DNA of 63,403 nt, the filler included, from Stramenopiles sp. TOSAG23-6 (taxonomy: Eukaryota): assembly GCA_900128565.1 (NCBI GenBank). It is 10 parts of 10 records of this genome, joined end to end, with 100 filler letters (N's around TTAATTAATTAA, not from the genome) between each part and the next. Parts side by side here need not be neighbours in the genome. Positions count along the whole stretch, not along the records: positions 17,188 to 25,652 come from LT636448.1; positions 25,753 to 34,210 come from LT636449.1; 8 more parts are not named here. One strand, 5' to 3'. Below the pieces are notes generated by a model. It searched no databases. It saw nothing but the letters and a program-made list of their open reading frames with translations, and had not been told where the DNA came from. Both the position numbers and the translations under genes were made by a program. Positions 22,301 through 32,851 of the stretch are shown here, one piece after another (the stretch's first letter is position 1; every line of letters starts with the position of its first letter).

Positions 22301-23418
22301 GATTTCTGTAAATAAACACGTTGCCGACGCAATACTTTTGGTAAGGAGGAATCAAATAATTCTGAAAACATTTTTTTTCTCTCTGTGCTTAAACTTTGCG
22401 GACCTTTCATCGAATGTTTATCTCCAATATTTAAATTCTGTAGTAATGTCTCTTTATATCTCCGATTTTTCAACTTTTTCTTAAATACAAATTTTGCTTT
22501 ATTTGTGTATTTATCAATTTGTCCTCTGGAAACCCCATTTAAATTCTTTTCAAAAGATTGTAAGCGATCTTTCTTATCTGTACGAGTAAATGCGTCCATA
22601 GCGTCATCAACATACATCATACACAATTCTGTTGGGATGGAATTTTCTTCTATTGTTTTAGATGCAGTTTTTTTATTGTATACAATTTGTAATGAATCTT
22701 TATAATATCTATCTTGCTGTACTATCGATGGTTGTAAAGTAGGATTCATCTCAAACTCATTTGTATCTACTGTAAATGTTTGCATATCATTTTGTATACT
22801 ACTTTTTTCTATTTGTGTTGAACTTATTTCTTTAGTAGATATTTGTGGTGGTTCTATCCAATCATTAGGTGTATTGGATAGTTCAACGTTTTCTCTTGTA
22901 GATGATTCAGCTTTTTCTCCTGTACGGATGAAATGTATCAAAGTTTTAAGTTGTTTTGAGGGGACATATTGATCAGGATATTTTTTCTCCTTGTTGCTAT
23001 TGTTTGATGATTGTACAATGGTAGTTGTTGAAATTCGTGTTCTTTTCTGTGTTGTTTGATTTAATGGCAAAGACAAATCAGACGTATTTGTTTTCGTTGT
23101 TACCCGATACATTTTTTTATTATATTCAGAGTTATTTTGTTTGAACTTTTCATCTTTTATATATTTGTTATTCTTTTTCAAGTTTTCATGTAATCGTCGT
23201 GTGCCTTTGAGCTTGCGGTGCAGCCCTAGCTTTGTACCATCTTGCTTAGATATATGACGCTTTTTTGTTATAGTTAAAGTAAGTGGAAGGTCTGGAGTGT
23301 CACTGTTGACATCAACCAACCCGGCAACGGAAGGTCTATTTTCGATAAGAGGATTGGCATTTTTACGACCTCGAAATTTCGCTGTTGCACCGACTTTATA
23401 TTTAACCAATGAATACAT
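19309..23418 (-). CDS. Large intronless LRR (RNI-like) protein with EF-hand-like region
   Basis: LDLSNNHI, LNISNNPL and LDISWNQV repeats; AFNSMDKGHTKRVHFDKF. Confidence 0.75.
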   Translation of the reverse strand: MYSLVKYKVGATAKFRGRKNANPLIENRPSVAGLVDVNSDTPDLPLTLTITKKRHISKQDGTKLGLHRKLKGTRRLHENLKKNNKYIKDEKFKQNNSEYNKKMYRVTTKTNTSDLSLPLNQTTQKRTRISTTTIVQSSNNSNKEKKYPDQYVPSKQLKTLIHFIRTGEKAESSTRENVELSNTPNDWIEPPQISTKEISSTQIEKSSIQNDMQTFTVDTNEFEMNPTLQPSIVQQDRYYKDSLQIVYNKKTASKTIEENSIPTELCMMYVDDAMDAFTRTDKKDRLQSFEKNLNGVSRGQIDKYTNKAKFVFKKKLKNRRYKETLLQNLNIGDKHSMKGPQSLSTERKKMFSELFDSSLPKVLRRQRVYLQKSENKDYRGTRGKTRFLKMIRHSASVIDVKGQGEPVSEDVNCTERKLSPRTLYLKSCVEQNKIPEISAVIRSVNTGGPTHIHLNNYSLGDELVNTLSQANEVFEEKPTSISLSGNRIHSKGSVSLISRLGVHIRTLDLSNNHIRCDACKELCTIMKTPESELEELNISNNPLTIPGIQYLIEGLHTAKLQRLNISRVGFTEKCTISLASAIVSANNSITELDISWNQVGIGALKLIQLDLKVLNLSFCKLKDTSFIKSTSLENNTQNKTLPMKIADTLGYNKTLLHLDMSTCGLSSSDTKYLAESMKTNHTLIGLHLDGNQGHIYMDNQGFLIENAPILDARSQNAVNSKFDSGCGGNASRQHTSEFTRNGYTKQNWFELPHILSRQSHCPKGRRCWLCGGWNYQTIKVFLPIDVDENDVLSIHFSSNCWKGTTMHADRNNRWYCHCILPPGRQHFFVCVNGEIVLIPTPSECIDYHMNKLSRKTQNKARNKSFIKMSNAGGHLSEPLWICNAELNYELEKYKNIGNKNHIWINHGDKSIQSKEINWKAFNNFVSLEGKIVNLIHNEKELDKTWMSLLNNVRGVDSSNTKKVNYSAIFDFMASTFENSSWNETVAKRAFLAYTTHYRLKQYNNESLKNEMLSRRRLTSFITYIYYFHMCQLISKALKIHDNCLSSSDFEKGITILNMHRILTKVTVRNAFNSMDKGHTKRVHFDKFCSWICRKRIEQNCPNHYSECDNDLDQSSSSENDSDEVHKDNTQQNESVHQYERNKTKYNRNYSRRWRRRRIEKMRAQQNARDKIKKSTKKIKRRKQSSSLKLNVKMSVSKVFVNYVHVEPRDGHLEVASSMIRPDLNDPNLVGYAGYTLNKPNDWKFPRQILSQLNMLPYLNKKISDHFSGKGMFSEWHRNNIKPPRGAPRTANYQYINIEIAKKLLEDVSWLYNSRASSLEDLIADAVRIWPVREENGAHFSYIRYNEFYENQNEMRYITKKIGKKKKIGE

Positions 23419-23719
23419 TATTTCTTTTATAGTTTAGTCAATTGTTTCAGTGTAATTTACCAAGTGCTTTTATACATATACAACATCTGCTATTTGGTAT
23501 TGCGTTGGACTCGATACTTACGTAGACTGTGGTGGAAGATATTTTGTACGTTACAAAAATCCTTCTTAAAATCTCCGCTTTTTTCGGTCGACGGAGGTTT
23601 AACTTGATTTTGTTCTGAAATTTTTCTGACCACTCACTGGCCTGCCAACTGGTGGCCGAGAGAAAGAAAGAGAGAGAGAGAGAGAGAGTTAGAGTGAAAG
23701 AAAGTATTCTAACACTAAC

Positions 23720-25652
23720 ATGGGCGCGAAAGACAAACAAGAAGCTTTCAAGAGTTATGCTAAATCGGCGAATGCAGATAATAGTAAAGGACAAAATGAT
23801 CTTGGTGAATACTATTTAGATGGGACGCAAGCCACATTCGAGTACGAAGTTGAGGAAAGTGAAAATGATCGTATGTGGGTGGGTGAAATCTGTGAATTAG
23901 ACTCAGGTAAGATGTTTAGTATTCATGATGGAGAGAATACGATAGGATCTAGCCCTGATAATGATATATGTTTATCGGATCCCAGTGTTAGTCGAACTCA
24001 CGCTACCATAGATATTGACCTTACGTCTGGATTATTCCTGTTTAAAGATCTGAAAAGTAAAATTGGTTCTTCCATTGGTACAACGCTTACAAGTCTTTCT
24101 CGCGCTACTCCTCATCGTATGATACCTATTCCAACAAATGCATTTTTCAAAATTGGATGTGTTGTCCTACGTATAAGCTGTTTTTACCAAAGAGTCCTTA
24201 ATTTTTTCAAAAAATATAACCCCGATAAAGTTATTAATGTTCCTAAAATTGTCGAAAAGTACGCAGATCGTGAGAAAGAACTATTTGAGAATCTCTCTCA
24301 GCGATACCCTAATGCCCATATGCGGGTGGGTGAAATCTGTGAATTAGACTCAGGTAACGTGTTTATTATTCATGATGGAGTGAATACGATAGGATCTAGC
24401 CCTGATAATGATATATGTTTATCGGATCCCAGTGTTAGTCGAACTCACGCTACCATAGATATTGACCTTACGTCTGGATTATTCCTGTTTAAAGATCTGA
24501 AAAGTAAAATTGGTTCTTCCATTGGTACAACGCTTACAAGTCTTTCTCGCGCTACTCCTCATCGTATGATACCTATTCCAACAAATGCATTTTTCAAAAT
24601 TGGATGTGTTGTCCTACGTATAAGCTGTTTTTACCAAAGAGTCCTTAATTTTTTCAAAAAATATAACCCCGATAAAGTTATTAATGTTCCTAAAATTGTC
24701 GAAAAGTACGCAGATCGTGAGAAAGAACTATTTGAGATTCTCTCTCAGCGATATCCTGAGTCTTTACCAGAAGTATTAAATCCCGTACCTAATTCCTTAC
24801 GTAATATAAATGACGTGGAAAAAGCTGAACAGAACCCTAATTCTGCAAATGTATGTTTTAATTTTTTTTCAATTTTTTGTCTAATTTTTTTTTTCGTACG
24901 AAATTTTGTACTTAACGATTTTTTTTTTAAAATATTTTTCCAAAATATATGACAATTCTATTCAGCAAAATATGTCTCATTCTAGTATGTCGAAACCAAC
25001 GAAATCTTCACCTCGTATGTATGTTTTATTTTTTTTTTAACCAAAATTTAGCTAAATATTTTTCATACGAAATTTCGTACCTAACATTTTTTTTTTTTTT
25101 TTAGAAAAAAAAATTTTTGAAATATTTTTCCAAAATGTATGAGGAATGCTGCAGATATTGAACGCGAAATGCTTGCAAAATATGCTCCAAAACAAAACCA
25201 TACAACAACATCTTCTTCTGCTGCTGCTGCTGCTGATAGGTCCTACAGTACTAAATCGGCTAATTCCGGATATAGTGATGCACAATTCTATCTTGGTAAT
25301 TGTTATTATAATGGTAATGGTGTTGCTGAAGACAAAAAAGAAGCTTTCAAGTTGTTTACTAAATCGGCTAATGCTGGTAATAGTGAAGGACAAAACAGTA
25401 GTACGCCTGGTTTTAGTTTTGGTGCTCCAGCAAAGTCTGATGACGAGTCGAAAAAGAGTAGTATGCCTGGTTTTAGTTTTGGTGCTAATAGTACTGCACC
25501 TGCAGCAACTCCAGCCGCTGCACCATCAGTCGGAGGATTTCAATTTGGGGCTACTCCAGCAACTACTGCCACACCAGTAACAACAACGGCTGCTACCTCA
25601 TCAAACGCGTTTACATTTGGTGCTAATAGTNCTACAGCTGCACCAGCGACTG
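23720..25652 (+). CDS. Mosaic protein: SEL1 fragment, 2x FHA unit, SEL1, FG-repeat tail (2 family introns; runs into gap)
   Basis: IGSSPDNDICLSDPSVSRTHA (FHA) twice; AQFYLGNCYYNGNGV (SEL1); GFSFGA repeats. Confidence 0.65.
23873..24757 (+). repeat. Near-identical 447-bp tandem duplication (FHA + helical domain)
   Basis: Units start at 23873 and 24320. Confidence 0.9.
24851..24950 (+). other. Family intron, GT-AT (100 nt)
   Basis: AT|GTATGT...GTACTTAAC...CCAAAATATAT|G; next exon is open. Confidence 0.75.
25019..25140 (+). other. Family intron, GT-AT (122 nt)
   Basis: AT|GTATGT...core...CCAAAATGTAT|G; joins SPR-MRNAAD. Confidence 0.75.
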
Positions 25653-25751
25653 NNNNNNNNNNNNNNNNNNNNNNNNNNNNNNNNNNNNNNNNNNNNTTAA
25701 TTAATTAANNNNNNNNNNNNNNNNNNNNNNNNNNNNNNNNNNNNNNNNNNN

Positions 25752-26188
25752 NCAATAATTAGTTGAAGTGCCAAAGCAGTGTGATAGCCCAATAAAGGAG
25801 AATGTTGTAAAAGATCAGGATCATGTTGTGCAGCAAGTACAAGTGACTTATATATTGATAATAGAGGAGAGTCGCACAAGTTTTCGGCTGCAGATATGAC
25901 TGTATCTGTTGGTAAGGTCAAGAGCTCTTCTCCAACTGCAATATAATCATTTGCACGACTCGTTAGAAGATCAAGCTTTTCATTTACGCGAAAATTTTCA
26001 TGAGAATCAAGCCATTCAATTAGATGATTTGAAGTAATATTGTCACGCTCGAAAAGAAAGTTTGTTGGCGAAGAAGACAATACATGAGTCAAAAACGTAA
26101 ATATTGTACTGAAAAGGATACACGTAGAGAACATAGTGAACTTATTCCAAAACGTAAATAAATACTCAAAAGTACGTGGTTGATCCAA
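25752..26188 (-). CDS. Probable SET-domain (LSMT-like) protein N-terminal fragment
   Basis: LIEWL, IAVGEELLTLP and ALALQLI pattern; truncated by gap. Confidence 0.4.
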
Positions 26189-26664
26189 GTGAATAATTCA
26201 CCCTCTCTCTTACAGAAACAATTGATGCAATGTGGTGCCAAGAAAGCTTCAAAAGTTGTGAATTACTTCCTTATTGGCCTTTATCTGTGATGTTGGTGGA
26301 GAATTTCGAGTGGCTGACACTGCAGCTGATCAGTNNNNNNNNNNNNNNNNNNNNNNNNNNNNNNNNNNNNNNNNNNNNNNNNNNNNNNNNNNNNNNNNNN
26401 NNNCAGTCTGGATCAGTCTGCTGAGTCAAAACTGAGTGACCGGCAGAGCGCAAACCTGTCCCCAGCCCCAGTAAAAAATAGAAAAATAATTGCGAATAAT
26501 TGGAAAAAAAAAAAGAGTGTTGATCGCTGGAGTATAATCAATAAAATAAAACATCAATGAAAACACACATTCTTTTAAAAAGAAGTTTTTTTTGAAATAA
26601 TATCTTTTTTTAATGTACAACATAAGCAACATAATTTATCAAAATTATGTGAAATTATGTGGAA

Positions 26665-27549
26665 TTATGCTGGGTATGCATGTGCAGGAGCATTAGCCAC
26701 TACTACTACAGGGGTCGCGATTACTTCTGGTATTACTTGTGTGGTGTCTAGGGTTTCTTCTAATACCCTGGCCTGAACCACAGGAAGACTTGGAACCCTA
26801 ACACTAAGCCTGGCCTTTACCAAAGGAAGACTTTGAGGAATTTCTGAGATGAAGCCAATAAAGGAGCCAATTGCATAACAAACAAAAGCAGACCAACATA
26901 ATATTGTCGACGTTGCGAAAACATTATATTCATGTGAGATTGACATCCTGCCAAGAACTCCAATCGACACACCAAAATTATCGTTTTGAATAGACGATAC
27001 CCGGATAATCCAATACAATGGCCCGATAAAAACCAAGACGAGAGAGCCACAAGTTAAATACCACGGAATTAATCCAGGAAAGAGTTTCCTTGTTTTACGC
27101 ATGTAGGCATGAGGAATAGCCCATCCAGTCGTGAAGATTGCAATGATACCACAAACCATCCAAAGTGAACCCGCCGTTTCAATCACATCTACGTTGTGAA
27201 GAATTGATTCAACTGAAATACCTGAAATACCTGAAATACCTGAAAGACCTAAATCGCCAAATTTATCGATAGATTCGACGTTTGTTGGGTTTCTTTGGTG
27301 TGCTTTTAAGTAGCTTTTTACCACACTATATTTCATACAATCCTTGGCCAAGCTGCCGGGAATGAAATAACATAATTCATTCCAATTCAATTCGTATTGA
27401 AGTTCAACTAACCCATGTGGTCTGTAGACTATTATTGCCCCGTTTGATAATTTATCAATTCCCAAACATATTGAATGAAAAATGATAGCAAATGTCAGAA
27501 CAATCACAGCTTTGTGAGTAGTGGTTATATCTTTCATTTTCATTGCCAT
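26665..27549 (-). CDS. Four-TM (claudin-like topology) membrane protein
   Basis: Four hydrophobic segments; first loop carries W..LC...C. Confidence 0.55.
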   Translation of the reverse strand: MAMKMKDITTTHKAVIVLTFAIIFHSICLGIDKLSNGAIIVYRPHGLVELQYELNWNELCYFIPGSLAKDCMKYSVVKSYLKAHQRNPTNVESIDKFGDLGLSGISGISGISVESILHNVDVIETAGSLWMVCGIIAIFTTGWAIPHAYMRKTRKLFPGLIPWYLTCGSLVLVFIGPLYWIIRVSSIQNDNFGVSIGVLGRMSISHEYNVFATSTILCWSAFVCYAIGSFIGFISEIPQSLPLVKARLSVRVPSLPVVQARVLEETLDTTQVIPEVIATPVVVVANAPAHAYPA

Positions 27550-27816
27550 TTTTTTCTTTTACAATGGAATTGGTGCTTTGGTTTACAATGAGCTGTAAAA
27601 ATCTAATGCGCAACTTGCGTTTCAAGATAGCCAGCTCTACAGCTCTATGACAACTCTCAATTCTACGCGAAGAATCAGCTGACTTTAAACAACAATAACA
27701 GGTTTGTTCCGTTCGGAAAGATTTTTTTTTCGAAAGATTTTTTTTGAAATCTTTTTTGTGATATCTTTTTTTGACTCGGAAAACAAAAACAACTTACCTG
27801 AAATAACATTTTGGCA

Positions 27817-29424
27817 ATGGCTGACATTATTCAAGCACGAGTGATTCTTGATGGTGAAAGGAAAAAGCCCGCAACATGTGATCTTGCTTGGGGTATACTT
27901 TTTGCAACGCTTTTCCTCGTTAATTTAGGCTTGACTATTTATGTCGCGGTTGACGCAAACATGAGTGGTGAAGTCAAGGTTCGCTCTATTGTTTGTCCTG
28001 GTGGCGATTCATACACAGTGCAAGATTTTAAATGGAGTAGTAGAACAGTAATTTTCCTGTCGGCATTTGTGATTTCTGTAGGTTGGTTAATGATGATCAA
28101 GCATTGCGCTGTGCTTGTTGTATTTGGAACGATTGCAGTGCAAATTGCATTTGGGATTGGAATCTCGGTATTTCTCTTTTCAAATGATAGTGCTGTGATG
28201 GGAGGACTCTGTGTTGGATTGACGGGATTGTATCTTGGATATGTCATTTATCGAAAACAAAAATTTGTTAACGCCGCTCATTTTATGGCACAAGCAATCC
28301 GAGGTATAATTGCTCGAGCTTCAATTCTTCTTGTACTGATTCCTTTGCAACTATTTTACGTATTTCTACTTTGGTTAAATTGCCGTATGTGGATGGGTTA
28401 TGCCATGAAAATGAAAGTTAAATGTCCTGCTACTGGTCCGGATCTCGAACACGATGGTCAGTACAAAATTGGTATGTTTTGTACAGTAACATTATTGTGG
28501 ATATTATTCTTCATTCGCCATTTAAACCTTCATGTTACATCCCACTCTATTGCAACATGGTGTTTCAATCAAGATGTCGGAGGAGGCATTGGAGTCAAAG
28601 CTATGAAAATTGGTTTAACAAAATCAGCTCCAGTTCTTGCAATCACCTCCTTTATTGCTGCATTGACAGAAGATTTACGACAACGCGCTGAAAAAAAACT
28701 GTCATGGTGTTCTCCGTTGTTTCTTCTGAATATACTTGCTTGTGTCGTCGCACAACTAATTAAGACGTACGGTCGTTTCATGGTTGTTTTCCATTCGATT
28801 ACAAGTGACAATTTTTGTGATTCTGCAAAAAAATCTTTCGCAATTTTATCAAAAAATCTTGAAGACGTTTTGGTCACAGATTTTGCTGGAAAACAAGTTG
28901 TTGAGCTTGGATCATATGTGTTTGCTCTATGCATGGGTTTAGCATCATGGGCTTGGTATGATGACGTCCGAGGGGAAAATACATTGAAGCCAGGCAACTG
29001 GGATCATTCCTCTCTTTTTTATCTTTTGTTTCTTGTGTACATGTATATTCTTCGATATCCAATGATATGTATATTTATCATTGGAATATGGTTGGGTTCG
29101 GAAGATTGTGACGACGCTGGTGGACTTGTGACAGGAGTGTTCCTTGGATCAATTACATATTTAATCTTTCAATTTGTTGGTCAAATTATTCTTGGGGCAG
29201 TTGATTGTGTTTATGTGTGTTACGCCATACAAAAAGAAGCTAATACTCCACTCCCCGGAAAAGAAACAGATCAAGGTAAAATATACTATTTATTGGAAGC
29301 AGATGAAGCTAATGGTGGTGTCCTAGAGAAGAGGCCACAAAATGTAACTGGTGCTTATATAAATCCAGGACAAGTTCAGGTGCAAATGCAACCAGTCGTA
29401 CAACAACCAGTGAAAGTTGTTTAA
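27817..29424 (+). CDS. Choline transporter-like (CTL/SLC44) protein
   Basis: CDLAWGILF N-terminus, FCDSAKKSF and AVDCVYVCY motifs, about 10 TMs. Confidence 0.8.
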   Translation: MADIIQARVILDGERKKPATCDLAWGILFATLFLVNLGLTIYVAVDANMSGEVKVRSIVCPGGDSYTVQDFKWSSRTVIFLSAFVISVGWLMMIKHCAVLVVFGTIAVQIAFGIGISVFLFSNDSAVMGGLCVGLTGLYLGYVIYRKQKFVNAAHFMAQAIRGIIARASILLVLIPLQLFYVFLLWLNCRMWMGYAMKMKVKCPATGPDLEHDGQYKIGMFCTVTLLWILFFIRHLNLHVTSHSIATWCFNQDVGGGIGVKAMKIGLTKSAPVLAITSFIAALTEDLRQRAEKKLSWCSPLFLLNILACVVAQLIKTYGRFMVVFHSITSDNFCDSAKKSFAILSKNLEDVLVTDFAGKQVVELGSYVFALCMGLASWAWYDDVRGENTLKPGNWDHSSLFYLLFLVYMYILRYPMICIFIIGIWLGSEDCDDAGGLVTGVFLGSITYLIFQFVGQIILGAVDCVYVCYAIQKEANTPLPGKETDQGKIYYLLEADEANGGVLEKRPQNVTGAYINPGQVQVQMQPVVQQPVKVV

Positions 29425-29993
29425 TTGGATGGTCAAGATTACAGTATATAAATAATCGAGGGGGAAAGTGTGAAGATTAAAATATAATGACATTTTTTTT
29501 TGTTAGGTACAAAATTTACTATGAATAAAATCCCAGATTTTGTCAAGTACTCTTTTTCACAGTTCTTTGGTCAATAAATTTCTTTGGTATTGAATACATA
29601 AAATACTTTATCCATTATTTGAAATTTATTAGAAATAATAAGTTTCCAAACAACACCATTTTGTTTTCATAGTTCTTCTTTTGTCAATCTGCCTTCCGTA
29701 TTGAATATGAAATATATGAAATATTTACTTCGGGTTTGCATCACTAAATTTTAAAACATGTTTGTTCCAAATTGAAAAGTTTTTAAAGTTTTTGAGTGTC
29801 TTTTTCGAGTGAGTGGTTGACAACATGGTACCATTGTATTGGTAGAAATTTGCTACCGTTGACTTGTCATATGTGACTAGCTAGGATACGATACTGTAAT
29901 ACAAGAAACAAGAAGAAGTGCTAATCTATAGTGCAAAGGCCAACCATAAATCCCACCAAACCCAAATTATAACGCTAGCAAGAATATTGGGAA

Positions 29994-31745
29994 ATGCTTG
30001 CATTCTTTCATAGCGCCATTGTCTTTCTTCTAGTTTTCGGATTTTATCATTTTTGCAGCGCAGACGGAGGTTTCTTTGATTGTGTGCATCGTGATCCCAG
30101 ATGTCTTCACAAGTTTGACGTGATCACTCTAGCCGAAATAGTATTGGAAAAAGACGCCAATAACACAACAGTTCCATTAAACGAAACTGTTTATTTAGAC
30201 AAGCAATGTTATTCAGTTGCTCATTTAAACCAGTGGTTGAGCGGAAAGCCAAACATTCCACATTCAGGAATATATTTTACAAACGAATTTCTCAATAGTG
30301 AGAAAGTTTGTCCTGTATATACTGACCCGGAGGTAGAAAAGCTATGGAATTTTGTGCATTTACGAGAACAAAAATATGATAAATACGATCTAAATACAGT
30401 TTTGATGAATCATCCAGATTTTGTAAATTTGAGATTTCCTAGAGACAATGGGAAAACACCATTAATGTTAGCAGTTTCGAGAGGGTGCAATCTTGAAGCG
30501 ATCAAAACACTTATTAACTATGGTGCAAATAGAAACGATTTTGATGATGAGTTTACGACAACACTAAATCTTGCCATTCAAGAAGGTATTGGTCATAATT
30601 GCTTTAAAGTATCTTTGAAACGAGGTTTAGAAGTCCTTGGCATATTATTCAACGAACCTAAAGCGCCTTCATCATTTTGCAAGGAGATACCGAAAATTTC
30701 GGGTTTTAATAACTTACGAGTATTGACTCGTTGGAATGATAGCTTCGGTGATCACTGTGATAAATATGTATCAACCAGAGGTGTTTGTACATATGATTTA
30801 CCAAGTAAATTCGACGCGTCTGTTGAACATAAAATAAATATTAGCTTTGCTGAAGAACATTGCTGCCAGTGTGACGGTGGCTCAACAAGAATGTTAAAAG
30901 CTAATTATAGTCCACTTAGAGCAGACAATGGGGATATCGTGTCTCTTGATGATGAGCGTCGAATTCCTATTTTATGGGTAGCAGCAAAGAGGGCTTTGTT
31001 TGCTCCAGAAATCACAAATTTTCTTTTTTCAAATGGGGCAAAGGATCAACCAAAGAAATTCTTTTGTGATGATGGTCGCAAAATATGTTTTACTCATCCA
31101 GCTTTTTATGGCATAATCCGCCCTTTTGATAGAATATATGATGATGATCAAACCTTGAAAGACCCTAAATATCTTAAATTGTTGGGGGTATTTTATGAAA
31201 ACCAGTGCAAATCTGCTATACTTAACTTGGAATTATTCGGTATTCCTGATGAAAGGGAGGTAAGTTCCTTTTCATACTTTTCTGATTCAGGAGGAATAAT
31301 TATTGCAAATGCAACTACGGTGAATGGATTTCAAGTGCGCAGTCTTCGAGCCAATGCAAGAGGTATATCAGTTTCATATGTACAAAATGCATCAACCGTT
31401 CGTTTTCATGGACCATCCATTGGCCGCCATATACCTCCTCCTCCCAGACATATTAGACATGGCTTTAATCCGAAAGAATATTTTGTATCATGGAGAGATA
31501 TCATGGATATTTCGCTAGTTGACCAGGATATATATTATCAATTTGATAAGGACTGGATAGGAAACATTGGATTTCGTCATCCTGCTAACATGGTCATACG
31601 TGGTACAAGTGGTCATAAATTACTTAGTATTGCTTTCTTTGATGGACCTGAAGAATTAAATTTGCCTCATCGTATTGACCTACGATGGAGATTTTGGAAA
31701 TTATCTCAATGTATGTATATGCAAGCAGTTTTAGGCTTTTCTTGA
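29994..31745 (+). CDS. Secreted ankyrin-repeat-containing protein
   Basis: Signal-like N-terminus; GKTPLMLAV...LINYGAN. Confidence 0.65.
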   Translation: MLAFFHSAIVFLLVFGFYHFCSADGGFFDCVHRDPRCLHKFDVITLAEIVLEKDANNTTVPLNETVYLDKQCYSVAHLNQWLSGKPNIPHSGIYFTNEFLNSEKVCPVYTDPEVEKLWNFVHLREQKYDKYDLNTVLMNHPDFVNLRFPRDNGKTPLMLAVSRGCNLEAIKTLINYGANRNDFDDEFTTTLNLAIQEGIGHNCFKVSLKRGLEVLGILFNEPKAPSSFCKEIPKISGFNNLRVLTRWNDSFGDHCDKYVSTRGVCTYDLPSKFDASVEHKINISFAEEHCCQCDGGSTRMLKANYSPLRADNGDIVSLDDERRIPILWVAAKRALFAPEITNFLFSNGAKDQPKKFFCDDGRKICFTHPAFYGIIRPFDRIYDDDQTLKDPKYLKLLGVFYENQCKSAILNLELFGIPDEREVSSFSYFSDSGGIIIANATTVNGFQVRSLRANARGISVSYVQNASTVRFHGPSIGRHIPPPPRHIRHGFNPKEYFVSWRDIMDISLVDQDIYYQFDKDWIGNIGFRHPANMVIRGTSGHKLLSIAFFDGPEELNLPHRIDLRWRFWKLSQCMYMQAVLGFS

Positions 31746-31959
31746 TATTTTTTAGTGAGATTTTTTGAATAAAAAAAATATTACTAAATATGACATGTTT
31801 GTTCCACGCGAAAGAAAGAGAAAAAAAAAACTGCGCATCTCTCTACGTATTCTACTGTAGTAGTAGTAGTACTTTTCATCTTAAATTCAGGCCTTTTTTT
31901 TAATTGCGTGCTAGCTAGATGTGCTCTAGAGAGAATAATTTAAAATATAAAGTGATACA

Positions 31960-32730
31960 ATGTGTGTGAATCATTTCAGGGTAAGCACCATCAAATCAAT
32001 AGTAGTCAATACATTGGTTTCGTTTCTCTTCAGTATCCTTATTACAGAATCGAAGCAGGGCAAAATATTCACTACGTTTGAAACCTTGAGTCAGCCAAAC
32101 ATTACGTCTGGTAAAACAAAAAAAGGATGGCACAAAGAAAAGTCTGATTTTTTATATCCATTACCACGTGATTTAAAATATGGCCCGATGTGGTCGACCC
32201 TTCCTAACGGTATGATTTCTCTAGAGCCACTGGGAGGAGGTGGTGTCTTCTCGAACTACACTGCAAGTCGAAAGCCCGGTGAAGAAAAACTAAAGAGTTC
32301 AGGAAATACAAAATTAATTGAACGATTGAGCTCTACTCGTTTGACTTACCTAACGCAGTCAAACCCGCACAATTTACATTATAAAAATGCAAATAATAAT
32401 ACGACACATCACCTGAGTTGGAGTGTTCGTTGTTCACTTTTTAAAGATTGCTTTGTGAAGTTAGATAAAAAAGAGGTCTTAGATATTGATTTCCCAACAC
32501 CTATTGTCCCCATAAAATCTAAGAAGATTCAAAAACCAGTTCATTTGAAAAAAGTAAATATATCAATGTTTGATAGAAAATATGCCTTGAAACATGCGAA
32601 AAATACGACAGCAGAGAAAGATACTACTAATAGTAGCAAGATAAATTCGCAAAATATGGTGGAGTTAATTCCTGCAAATACTCGACATGCGAATGGAAAA
32701 GCACCATTTTTTGAATATATTGGTAAATAG
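31960..32730 (+). CDS. Hypothetical protein
   Basis: 256-aa ORF. Confidence 0.5.
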   Translation: MCVNHFRVSTIKSIVVNTLVSFLFSILITESKQGKIFTTFETLSQPNITSGKTKKGWHKEKSDFLYPLPRDLKYGPMWSTLPNGMISLEPLGGGGVFSNYTASRKPGEEKLKSSGNTKLIERLSSTRLTYLTQSNPHNLHYKNANNNTTHHLSWSVRCSLFKDCFVKLDKKEVLDIDFPTPIVPIKSKKIQKPVHLKKVNISMFDRKYALKHAKNTTAEKDTTNSSKINSQNMVELIPANTRHANGKAPFFEYIGK

Positions 32731-32851
32731 TAGGTTTGTAAAGTAAGAAATATATTGTGAAAGAATATACATATATACGTATATTTGTAGTAGAAGATAT
32801 TTATTTCATATTTTCTCTAAATTAAATAAAAAAGTCATAAATTTATGATCC

